Below, piece by piece: positions 1 through 8,067 of a stretch of 21,157 nt of DNA. The notes beneath the pieces were generated by a model that saw only the letters and a list, made by a program, of their open reading frames with translations, did no database searches and was not told where the DNA came from. This DNA is from a virus: positions 1-21,157 of the IMG/VR virus record IMGVR_UViG_3300045988_005619; one strand, written 5' to 3'. The position numbers and the translations under genes are program-made. Every line of letters begins with the position of its first letter. The first letter of the stretch is position 1.

Positions 1-63
1 ATAAATTACCATATACAAGTTTAGTTGATGACAGAGCAAAATTAACATTATAAAGGAGTAAAT

Positions 64-366
64 ATGATTGAAAACAAAGAAAAAGTAAAATATATCGAAA
101 TGTATCCAAAGGCAAGATGTTTCTGCCCTATTGGTAAAGCATGGTACACCAATAAATTTAGAGTATCAGTATTTCCTAGAGATTGTTATTTCGACTATCT
201 AGATGTAGAGAAATTTATTAAAGAAGAAATTGAAGGAAAAAGCTTAACAATTGAAGGAGCTTGCAAGAAACTATATAACTATTTGAAAAAAGATGTTGAA
301 GATATTCAAGTAGAATCACACGTAAATGACGCAACGCATTTTCCTGTAAAGGTATTAATTGATTAA
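64..366 (+). CDS. Small T-fold protein, QueF-like (preQ0 / 7-cyano-7-deazaguanine reductase-like), shorter than cellular QueF
   Basis: ATG at 64 lies 5 nt after AAGGAG (53-58). The segment ARCFCPIGKAWYTNKFRVSVFPRDCYFDYLDVEKFI resembles by eye the QueF catalytic-Cys region (CPxTGQPDFatixIxYiPdxxxvEsKSLKxY). It lies directly upstream of a QueT-like gene. The canonical E-x-K-x-h-K QueF motif is not clearly preserved. Confidence 0.45.
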   Translation: MIENKEKVKYIEMYPKARCFCPIGKAWYTNKFRVSVFPRDCYFDYLDVEKFIKEEIEGKSLTIEGACKKLYNYLKKDVEDIQVESHVNDATHFPVKVLID

Positions 367-379
367 GGAGGAAGTACTA

Positions 380-838
380 ATAAAAAATCAAACAATTAAG
401 ACAATTTCAATGAATGCAATCGTATGTGCAATGTATGTTGCATTATGTGTAGCATTAAATCCAATTAGCTTTGGAGCATTACAATTTAGAGTAGCAACTC
501 TATTGTTACCGTTAGGGTTTCAAGATAAGAGATTTGCAAATGGACTTATTTTAGGAGTAATCTTAGCAAACCTAACAAGTTCACTAGGATTAATTGATGT
601 ATTAGTTGGATTTACAATTCAATTTACAATGTATTATTTATTCCCATATTATATTAAGAATAAATGGATTCATGGAATTGCTTATGCAGTATTAAGTGGA
701 ACATTAGTAGCATTAGAATTATTATCAGTATTACACATTCCATTCTTATATTCATTTGTAACGGTTGGATTAAGCGGATTGATTTTATACGAAGTAGGAA
801 ATGTATTGTGTACAAGATTATTGAAATACATTGATTAA
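380..838 (+). CDS. queT: QueT-family (COG4708-like) queuosine-precursor transporter, multi-pass membrane protein
   Basis: The ORF-track frame 359..838 is used, with the start moved. AAGGAGG lies at 365-371, followed by an 8-nt spacer and ATA at 380. The N-terminus MKNQTIKTISMNAIVCAMYVALCVALNPISFGALQFRV matches my memory of the QueT pattern (MKNxxTKxLxxxALxAAxYVxLT...ISxGxxQFRxSE). The protein is about 150 aa with several hydrophobic helices. The TTG at 359 lies upstream of the SD, and the ATG at 410 has no SD. Confidence 0.6.
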   Translation: MKNQTIKTISMNAIVCAMYVALCVALNPISFGALQFRVATLLLPLGFQDKRFANGLILGVILANLTSSLGLIDVLVGFTIQFTMYYLFPYYIKNKWIHGIAYAVLSGTLVALELLSVLHIPFLYSFVTVGLSGLILYEVGNVLCTRLLKYID

Positions 839-853
839 AGGAGTGATAGACAC

Positions 854-1222
854 ATGGCAAGCAAAAAGTTTATTAATCAAAAGCAATTTGAACAACTATG
901 CCAAATTCAATGTACAAAAGAAGAAATCTGCTCTGTGTTAGATGTATCAGAAAAAACATTGAATAATTGGTGTAAAGATACATACGGAGAAACTTTCTCC
1001 CTAGTTTTCGGTAAAAAAAGACAAGGAGGGTGCGCAAGTCTTAGAGCAAAGCAGTGGAAACTAGCTTCTAAAAGCCCTGCTATGGCTATTTTCTTAGGTA
1101 AACAATTCTTAGGTCAAACGGATAAGGTAGAAACACATTTTGACGCTTCAGAAGTAAATGCAATTAATAAAGCTATGATTACAGATGTAGCAAAAGAAAG
1201 AAGAATTGAAGACTTTGAATAA
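854..1222 (+). CDS. terS: Terminase small subunit (HTH type)
   Basis: ATG lies after AAGGAG (838-843). The N-terminal HTH (CTKEEICSVLDVSEKTLNNWCK) and the motif SLRAKQWKLA...MAIFLGKQFLGQTD are typical of Firmicute phage small terminases. The gene sits immediately 5' of terL. Confidence 0.75.
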   Translation: MASKKFINQKQFEQLCQIQCTKEEICSVLDVSEKTLNNWCKDTYGETFSLVFGKKRQGGCASLRAKQWKLASKSPAMAIFLGKQFLGQTDKVETHFDASEVNAINKAMITDVAKERRIEDFE

Positions 1223-1240
1223 AAGAAAGGTGGTGGTTTG

Positions 1241-2571
1241 ATGAATAAGCCTGCACCTTTTAATCAAAAGCAGTTGGCTTACCTCAAGAAAACATTTGAT
1301 TGTTGGTTGAATGTACTTGAGGGAGGTTAGGCAAGCGTGGAGGAAAGAACGTACTGAACACGTACGCATTCTGCGTTGCATTAGAAACACATCCGGATAA
1401 ATTCCATTTGATAGCAGGAACGGATACATCATCAGCACGTGTAAATATTGGAGATTGTAATGGATATGGTTTGCAGAACTATTTTGCTAATAGATTCAAA
1501 GTAGGAAAGTATGAAGGTAAAGACTGCTACTACATCAACACAAAGGTTGGTGAAAAGGTTGTATTCTTTGCCGGTGGTGCTAAAAAAGGCTCAGAGAATG
1601 CGATACATGGTTATTCTTATGGAATGGCATATGTAACAGAAGCAAACCTTTGTTGCATTGAGTTTCTACAAGAAGTGATGGATAGAACAATAGCTTCAAG
1701 CAATCGAAAGATATTTCATGATTTAAACCCCAAAGGAAAGAATCATTGGTATTATACTGATTTCTTGAAATATCATGAGGAGCAACAGAATAAAGATTCT
1801 ACATATGGTTACAACTATGGGCATACCACCTTAGTTGATAATTATTCATTAAGTGATGAGCAGATAAGAACGGTCTTAAAATCATACGATAAGAATAGCG
1901 TTTATTACAAAAGAGATATAAAAGGACAAAGGGAAGAAGCCGAAGGACTTGTGTTCCCTTATTTTGCTAATGACTGCAAACCTTACCTATTTAAATATCA
2001 GAGTCTAAAAGAAAAGATGAAAGAACAAGGAAAAAGGTTCAGTCATTTAATCATAGGTGTTGACTTTGGAGACAATGGGTCAAAGTATTCATGGCATTTA
2101 ACAGGGTTTACAAATGATTGGGATTATATGTGGGCACTTGATGAAGGAGACATGGCAAAATCTAATTCCATAGACGCAACAAAGTTCTGCAAAGCGTTTG
2201 TAAGGTTCTATAAGCGTTGTATTGAATGTTACGGATATGTGGAATGGATATTTCCGGACAGTGCTTCTAATACATTAATTAACACGCTTAGAGCTTATTT
2301 CTACGCCGAAGGGCTAGACGGAAGTATAATTGCACCGGTCAAGAAGAATGAGCTAACCGACCGTCCCATAACGGTTGATAGCTTACTTGTTACAGGAAGA
2401 TTGAAGATAGAAGAACATTGTAAGAACTTAATAAACGCATTGAGCGAATTGGTATGGGATAAAAAAAAAGACATTCCAAAAGATGAGAACGTAAACAATA
2501 TCAATGACGATTGGGATTCGTTCTGCTATACATTTATAACCCATAGTGGATATATAGATTTAAGGAGGTAA
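1241..2571 (+). CDS. terL: Terminase large subunit with an interrupted reading frame. The N-terminal 29 codons (1241..1327) end at TAG 1328-1330, and the rest is open from 1321 in the -1 frame
   Basis: ATG at 1241 follows GGTGGTG. The N-terminal piece MNKPAPFNQKQLAYLKKTFDCWLNVLEGG stops at TAG. The other frame continues (G)KRGGKNVLNTYAFCVALETHPDKFHLIAGTD..., which is a Walker-A-like continuation. The ORF-track TTG at 1408 has no SD and would remove the P-loop. The C-terminal nuclease-like region (IIGVDFGDNGS..., NDDWDSFCY) is intact. Confidence 0.7.
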
Positions 2572-2574
2572 GAA

Positions 2575-3978
2575 ATAGAAACATCTAACACACGTAGACC
2601 GTGGTTTCAAAACTACCTTAACGAAAGAGGGTATTTTGTAGATACAAACGCAATTGAAATCATTGAATTGTGTAACAAGTGGTATACGAATACAGAAACA
2701 GAATTTCATACGGCATACACATTAAATAACGAGGAATACACGCTAGACAAAACAGACTTTGCAAAGCGCTTGTGTGAGGATGACGCAAACCTAATTGAAA
2801 TCTTAGATATAAACGCAACAGAGGACAGTGTTACAAATGATATTATTTCAGACATTCTAACAAAGAACAGGTTTGATGTAATGTATAGGAAACAAGTTGA
2901 GCAAATGTCTGCAAACGGAACAGTAGGAGCTTATGTAACTGTATCGAATGCCGAAATTTATGAAGATGGTTCATTTAGTGGAGGAGAAATCAGAATCAAC
3001 TATTGTGATTCAATGAATATCCTCCCATTAACTGTTATCAATGATGAAATTGTGGAAGTTGCTTTCGTTGGGGTAAATTACGAAAAACTAAAAAAAGTAT
3101 ATGTAATGGTCATGTTCTTAAAAGGACAAGACGAAAGATATATTGCAGAAACACATTACTTTAAAGATACAGGCGAAGAAATAAAAGACCGTGCTCAGAT
3201 TGTTCAATTAGATGTTGTAAAGCCGTTTGCAATTATGAGAAACGCAAAGGTAAACAACTTACAAATGCAAGGTTACGGCTTGCCAAAAATTTGGAGCGCA
3301 ATTGCTCCACTGAAAACAATTGATTTAACAATGACAATGTGGAATCGTGATTTGTTGAAATCCGATAAAATCGTTCTTGTGAATGAAGCATTAATGCAGA
3401 AAGACGAGAATGGAAAGATTAAGATGAATCCACAAATGAAAAAGATATTTGTTCAGTTAGGTAGAGATAAGCTTCCGGAAGAAAAAGCTTTATGGCAAGA
3501 ATATAATCCAACAGTAAGAACGGCAGAAGTTGTTCAATCACTAGAAACTGCGTTAAGTATCTTATCTATGATGTTTGGATTTGGTACAAAGAAATATACG
3601 TTTGAAAGTGGAAGAATCGTAACGGCTACAGAATATATCGGTGAGAATCAAGACGCAATGAAGGAAGTAAATTCACAACGTAAAGAATCTACTGCATATA
3701 TTCAAGATATTATTCAAGCGATAGCGTACTTCTACGAATTAACACAAGGAAGAAAGCTTAATATCAATTCATTAGACATTGCAATTGATTATGACGATAC
3801 GTATATCGAGGATAAGCAAAGCACGGCACAAGCGTTAAGGAATGACGCACTAACATTTGATATTCCAAGATTGAAAATCATGTACTTTATGAAGCAATAC
3901 GGCTTTACTGAAGAAGAAGCTACTGAATTATTAAATGAAGAAATTCAAGATGATGGAGAGGAGGATGAAGAAGAATAG
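2575..3978 (+). CDS. Portal protein (SPP1 gp6-like)
   Basis: Position after terL, size of about 467 aa, and an acidic C-terminal tail (DDGEEDEEE). The frame is open from 2572. AAGGAGG lies at 2562-2568, then a 6-nt spacer, then ATA at 2575. The ORF-track TTG at 2668 has no SD. Confidence 0.75.
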   Translation: METSNTRRPWFQNYLNERGYFVDTNAIEIIELCNKWYTNTETEFHTAYTLNNEEYTLDKTDFAKRLCEDDANLIEILDINATEDSVTNDIISDILTKNRFDVMYRKQVEQMSANGTVGAYVTVSNAEIYEDGSFSGGEIRINYCDSMNILPLTVINDEIVEVAFVGVNYEKLKKVYVMVMFLKGQDERYIAETHYFKDTGEEIKDRAQIVQLDVVKPFAIMRNAKVNNLQMQGYGLPKIWSAIAPLKTIDLTMTMWNRDLLKSDKIVLVNEALMQKDENGKIKMNPQMKKIFVQLGRDKLPEEKALWQEYNPTVRTAEVVQSLETALSILSMMFGFGTKKYTFESGRIVTATEYIGENQDAMKEVNSQRKESTAYIQDIIQAIAYFYELTQGRKLNINSLDIAIDYDDTYIEDKQSTAQALRNDALTFDIPRLKIMYFMKQYGFTEEEATELLNEEIQDDGEEDEEE

Positions 3979-4748
3979 CAACTACATATTTTCCATTCGT
4001 CTCAAGAAATGGCGATAGATTAGTGTTATATGACGCTTTCAGAAGATTATTCTCAAGCTATTTCACAAATGGTGTGTTCATAGACGATTCTAGTTCAGAC
4101 CATTTAAGAGTTGAGAAAGCTCAAGGCTTAACATTAACAATTAAAGCAGGACGAGCAAATATTAATGGAGCGTTCTATTGGCAGAAAGATGACGAAACCA
4201 TAACATTAGAAAAGAATAGCGCTACTAAAAACTACAATATTATTCTTAGGTTAAATGATAATGACACATATAGAAACATTACCTTAGTAGCAAGTGATAT
4301 TAACAGTGGAATTACAAGAAGTGATTCTATTTACGATTTGGTATTAGCTACAGTTACGGTAACAGGTAATTCAAATGAAGTTAAAGGTTCAGATATTACA
4401 GATACAAGATTAGATTCAACACGTTGTGGAGCAGTTACAAGCGCAATTAAAAGCGTACAATCGTTGGATTTATTTACCCAAGTTACTGAGTTATTCAAAG
4501 AAATTAAGGCTCAGAATGAATCTGAAATGAACGCAAATAGAACAGAGTTCAATGATTGGTTTGAAACTGTAAAAGATACGTTAGACGCAAATACGGCAGG
4601 AAAACTATCGAACAGAATTTCAAACATTGAAAAGATGATTATGGAGAACCATTTCACTACGATTCTATTAACAGGAAATGGAGAACTAGTAGATGAAAAT
4701 GGTCATGAGATTTTAGCGGATTGGAAATATAAAGTCAAGGAGGAATAG
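3975..4748 (+). CDS. Tail-fibre / upper receptor-binding-complex structural protein
   Basis: The N-terminus (M)ATTYFPFVSRNGDRLVLYDAFRRLFSSYFTNGVF matches the widespread Firmicute prophage fibre N-domain pattern (F..v.GDR.Y.a.dF..yF..f..nGVF). It is followed by a coiled-coil. ATA at 3975 lies 10 nt after GAGGAGG (3958-3964) and overlaps the portal TAG stop as ATAG. The GTG at 4023 has no SD. Confidence 0.6.
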   Translation: MATTYFPFVSRNGDRLVLYDAFRRLFSSYFTNGVFIDDSSSDHLRVEKAQGLTLTIKAGRANINGAFYWQKDDETITLEKNSATKNYNIILRLNDNDTYRNITLVASDINSGITRSDSIYDLVLATVTVTGNSNEVKGSDITDTRLDSTRCGAVTSAIKSVQSLDLFTQVTELFKEIKAQNESEMNANRTEFNDWFETVKDTLDANTAGKLSNRISNIEKMIMENHFTTILLTGNGELVDENGHEILADWKYKVKEE

Positions 4749-4751
4749 AGA

Positions 4752-5660
4752 ATGGCAGGAAGACAAGTAACAGAATTAGACACATTGCCTAGCTTCACGG
4801 ATACAAGTTTATTACCAGTACACAATGGAGCAGGATTAAAAAAAGGAACATTATCGCAATTGGCAAACTATTTAGGAACTAAATTCAGTAATCCAAATTT
4901 ATTGATTAATCCCGATTTTAAAATAAATCAGAGAGGAAAAGCAGAGTATACAAGTGATGGTACAGTAAGATATACGGTAGATAGATGGAGAAGTTTATCT
5001 TTAAATGTAAAGACTGATACAAACGGTATATTACTATCCGCAGACAGTCAGAATGATGATGGCGGATTCATTGCACAGGAATTGGAAAAATCAATTGATT
5101 TAGAAACACTATTTACATTGAAAGTTGGTTCAGTAACCGGAAGTATTGTAGTTTCAGTTATGGATAGTGCGTCTAATGGAAACAATTTAAATATTACAAC
5201 GAGTGGGATTTATTCTATAGGTTTAGCAAACCAAGCTAAAAAAGTAATTATACAAGTTACAAAAGGAAGCTCTTGTAAGATTGAGTGGGCGAAATTAGAA
5301 CAAGGCTCAATTGCTACTCCTTTTGTTGCTCCAAATCCGGCAGAAGAATTAGTGAAATGTGCGCGATTTTTACAAATGATACCGGAAATATACTTTATTC
5401 CGTACGCAAGTACGAGAACGGCGTTTATTAGTGATGGGAGATATTATCAAAGTACAGGTGGTTTATTCCCGGTAGAAATGCGCACGAATCCAACAGTCAC
5501 GTATAGTAATATACATAAAGCCGATGATGAAGTGATTTCTGAAAAAGTTACAAGTGTTGATTCAAATAAACACGGAATTGGTCTTATCGTTATTTGTAAT
5601 AATGCAGGATATTATACATTAAGAATGAAAAACATTGTTGCGGACGCAGAAATTTACTAG
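4752..5660 (+). CDS. Receptor-binding protein / tail fibre with a beta-rich carbohydrate-binding-like C-terminus
   Basis: ATG lies after AAGGAGG. The N-terminal motif QVTELDTLPSFTDTSLLPVHNGAGLKKGTLSQL, followed by NLLINPDFKINQRG, is typical of Gram-positive phage fibre and RBP proteins. Confidence 0.6.
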   Translation: MAGRQVTELDTLPSFTDTSLLPVHNGAGLKKGTLSQLANYLGTKFSNPNLLINPDFKINQRGKAEYTSDGTVRYTVDRWRSLSLNVKTDTNGILLSADSQNDDGGFIAQELEKSIDLETLFTLKVGSVTGSIVVSVMDSASNGNNLNITTSGIYSIGLANQAKKVIIQVTKGSSCKIEWAKLEQGSIATPFVAPNPAEELVKCARFLQMIPEIYFIPYASTRTAFISDGRYYQSTGGLFPVEMRTNPTVTYSNIHKADDEVISEKVTSVDSNKHGIGLIVICNNAGYYTLRMKNIVADAEIY

Positions 5661-5669
5661 GAGGAAGCT

Positions 5670-6014
5670 ATGAACGAACATAAAGTATACGTATCCTTAC
5701 AAGATGGATACATCACATCTATTAATTCAGAAATCTTTTTATCACAAGAAGAAATGTCAACTATGACAGAAATTGACCATGGGAAAGGCGACAAATACGC
5801 ACATGCACAAAGTCAATATCTAGAAAAAGAATTAGTTGATGAGCACGGTAGATACAATTATAAATTTGCAGAAGGTAAAGTGATTGAGGTTGCAGAAGCA
5901 GAAAAGCCAACAATCGAAGAACCAAAAGCAGTACCAACGGAGCAAGAGAAGATTAACGCACAATTAATGCTACAGATTGCACAGTTAAAAGCTCAAATGA
6001 ATGGGGTGAAGTAG
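5670..6014 (+). CDS. Fibre-associated small protein occupying the XkdW position; function unknown
   Basis: ATG lies after TAGGAGGAAG. The protein is 114 aa. It sits between the RBP and an XkdX-like gene, and its C-terminus is coiled-coil (INAQLMLQIAQLKAQ). Confidence 0.5.
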   Translation: MNEHKVYVSLQDGYITSINSEIFLSQEEMSTMTEIDHGKGDKYAHAQSQYLEKELVDEHGRYNYKFAEGKVIEVAEAEKPTIEEPKAVPTEQEKINAQLMLQIAQLKAQMNGVK

Positions 6015-6015
6015 T

Positions 6016-6135
6016 ATGAGTTATGAATTAATCAAATCGTATTATGAATTAGGCTTATTTACAAAGAATGATTTAGAAATCTTTGCTTCTATTGGATGGA
6101 TTACAGAAACTCAGAGAAAAGAATTAATTAAATAG
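6016..6135 (+). CDS. xkdX: XkdX-family small phage protein (39 aa); absent from the supplied ORF track
   Basis: ATG at 6016 lies 7 nt after GGGGTG. The product is MSYELIKSYYELGLFTKNDLEIFASIGWITETQRKELIK. Its size and the yy..g.yt..dl..fv..g.IT motif fit XkdX, which normally follows tail-fibre genes. Confidence 0.6.
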   Translation: MSYELIKSYYELGLFTKNDLEIFASIGWITETQRKELIK

Positions 6136-6151
6136 GCATTAAAAGCGTTTT

Positions 6152-6175
6152 AAAGGGCATTTAAGCCCTTTTTCT
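6152..6175 (+). terminator. Rho-independent terminator closing the fibre cassette
   Basis: AAAGGGC (6152-6158), loop ATTTAA, then GCCCTTT (6165-6171), followed by TTCT. Confidence 0.55.
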
Positions 6176-6191
6176 ATATGGGGGTATATAA

Positions 6192-7373
6192 ATGTTAAGT
6201 GAAGAAGAACAAAGGGAACAAGAACGTGAAAAAAGGCAAGAGCAAAGAAAGAAAGAACGCCTACAAAAGCAGATTGAGAAAAGAAGAAATTTTGAAGAAA
6301 GAGAAAGAAAAAGTGTCAAGCGTGCTAGTGTATTTGAATTGGGAATGATGATATTCATTTCAAATAAAATTCGTGAAGTGCTAGAAAAAAGCACCGAAGA
6401 AAATGCGAAATTTAATGAGATATTAGCAAAATCACTAGTAGATTTGCGTAAATTCACAAAAAAAGAATCAAAAAGCCTAAAAAAAGATGTAATTAAGGAA
6501 TCAAAAAAGGATTTTGAAGAAAATAAGCAAGGAACACTTGATTTAATCAAAGAAGCAAGTGGGAAACCTATCAAAAATAAGCTCAAGATAGATTTATATA
6601 TCAGTCCACAAAACGATACCTCAAAGCGTTGGAAGAAATATATCAAGACAAGTGCTAACACGTATGCAATCGGTAAAGATAAACTACCGGTATTCTTTAC
6701 AAAGGTAGTTCAAGAAGAAGTTAAGAATGTAGTAGGTGGAAAATGTACAATTGATGATTCTTGTAGAAAAGCTATCTCAAAATTAGCATATAGTGGCGTA
6801 AAAATCGTGGAATATGATACAGGTGTTAAAAGAAATGTGGATGTATGGGTAAGGCAACAAATGCAGTACGCAGAAAAAGAATCATCACAAGAAATTAACA
6901 ATAAATGTGCTAAAGATTTGGGCGTTACTGTATTCGAGTTTGACGCTCACGCAAATGCAAGACCAAGCCATAAGAAGTGGCAAGGCAAGCGATACGACAC
7001 GCAAGGGAAATTATATCCTAGCTTGTATGAGTTAACGCATGGAGAAGAAAAAGATTATGGATGTAGACACTTTGCTCAACCTGTATGGGATATTGATATG
7101 CCTTACGCTTACACAAAAGAGCAGTTAAAGAATATTGATACAAAACCTTTCACATTCCAAGGAAAAAAATATGAAGGATATGAAGCTAGGCAGTATCAAA
7201 GAGAACTAGAAAGAAACATTAGAGCATTAAAGAGGGAAGTAATCTTATTGGACAATCAAGGATTAGGAAGTACAGAAGCAAAAATTAAGCTAAAACACGC
7301 AAATGCAACGTATAAAGCTTTCAGTTCTGAAATGGGAGACAGAGTTCACAACGATAGGCTTAGAATTGGCTAA
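6192..7373 (+). CDS. Minor capsid / head morphogenesis protein (SPP1 gp7 / minor capsid protein 2-like) with a K/E/R-rich N-terminus
   Basis: ATG lies 6 nt after GGGGGT. The C-terminal half carries FEFDAHANARPSHKKWQGKRYD, typical of this family. It sits upstream of the scaffold and MCP genes. Confidence 0.6.
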   Translation: MLSEEEQREQEREKRQEQRKKERLQKQIEKRRNFEERERKSVKRASVFELGMMIFISNKIREVLEKSTEENAKFNEILAKSLVDLRKFTKKESKSLKKDVIKESKKDFEENKQGTLDLIKEASGKPIKNKLKIDLYISPQNDTSKRWKKYIKTSANTYAIGKDKLPVFFTKVVQEEVKNVVGGKCTIDDSCRKAISKLAYSGVKIVEYDTGVKRNVDVWVRQQMQYAEKESSQEINNKCAKDLGVTVFEFDAHANARPSHKKWQGKRYDTQGKLYPSLYELTHGEEKDYGCRHFAQPVWDIDMPYAYTKEQLKNIDTKPFTFQGKKYEGYEARQYQRELERNIRALKREVILLDNQGLGSTEAKIKLKHANATYKAFSSEMGDRVHNDRLRIG

Positions 7374-7468
7374 AACGCTCACATTGTGAGCTATTATTCA
7401 AGCTAAAATATAGTTAGCCAAAACCATACCGGAGAAGATTCGGTTTATAAATAACTTTAGGAGGGCAA

Positions 7469-8053
7469 ATGAAAAACATTATTGAAATTTTAAAAGAATC
7501 AAACATTGAATTAACCAAAGAGCAAGAGGACTCAATTACAAAGCTAGTAAATGACAACTATAAGACGATTGCAGAGTTCGACAAGCAAAAAGAAAAGCTA
7601 TCTTTAGCAGAGAACAACGCAAAGGAAATTCAAACAAAGTTTGATGATTTCAAGAAAAGCTATGATGGAGTTGATGTAGAAGAATTGAAAAATAAAATCA
7701 ATACATTGACGAATGATATTGACACTCAAAAGACAAACTACGAAGCTCAGATTAGCAAAATGAATCTTGATTCTGTATTAAGCGCAAAAGCTAAAGAATA
7801 CGGATGTAAAGATTTCGATTTAGCGAAATCACAATTCAACTATGATGATTTACTAAATTCAAAAGACCAAACAAATGACATTGACAAAGCTTTTAAGACA
7901 GTAAAAGAAAAAAAACCAATCTTATTTGAGGAAAATCAAAATGAACCTGTTGCCAAAGGAAATATCGTTGGAAACAGTGGGCAAGGAGATAACCCAAACG
8001 CCGAAGATTTATTATTACGACAAGTAATGGGTTTAACTACAGAAAAGAAATAA
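7469..8053 (+). CDS. Scaffolding protein (phage GP20-like)
   Basis: ATG lies after TAGGAGGG. The protein is a highly charged coiled-coil of 194 aa, located directly 5' of the major capsid gene. Confidence 0.7.
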   Translation: MKNIIEILKESNIELTKEQEDSITKLVNDNYKTIAEFDKQKEKLSLAENNAKEIQTKFDDFKKSYDGVDVEELKNKINTLTNDIDTQKTNYEAQISKMNLDSVLSAKAKEYGCKDFDLAKSQFNYDDLLNSKDQTNDIDKAFKTVKEKKPILFEENQNEPVAKGNIVGNSGQGDNPNAEDLLLRQVMGLTTEKK

Positions 8054-8067
8054 GGAGGATTTAATTA

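Noticed and set aside
1-63. preQ1 riboswitch upstream of the QueF-like and QueT-like genes
   Set aside because: No stem plus A-rich tail / CUAAGG-like pseudoknot resembling preQ1-I or preQ1-II is recognisable in the 63 nt available. The region may be truncated by the window edge.
359-379. ORF-track TTG start for the QueT-like gene, with similar upstream extensions at 9342, 9731, 16514 and 17367
   Set aside because: These starts lie upstream of or inside the SD, or deep inside the preceding gene. Better-placed starts exist at 380, 9387, 9809, 16523 and 17376.
6161-6661. 166-aa minus-strand ORF
   Set aside because: It is antisense to the purine-rich K/E/R-coding 5' part of the minor capsid gene. 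The S/F/L-rich product is a composition artefact.
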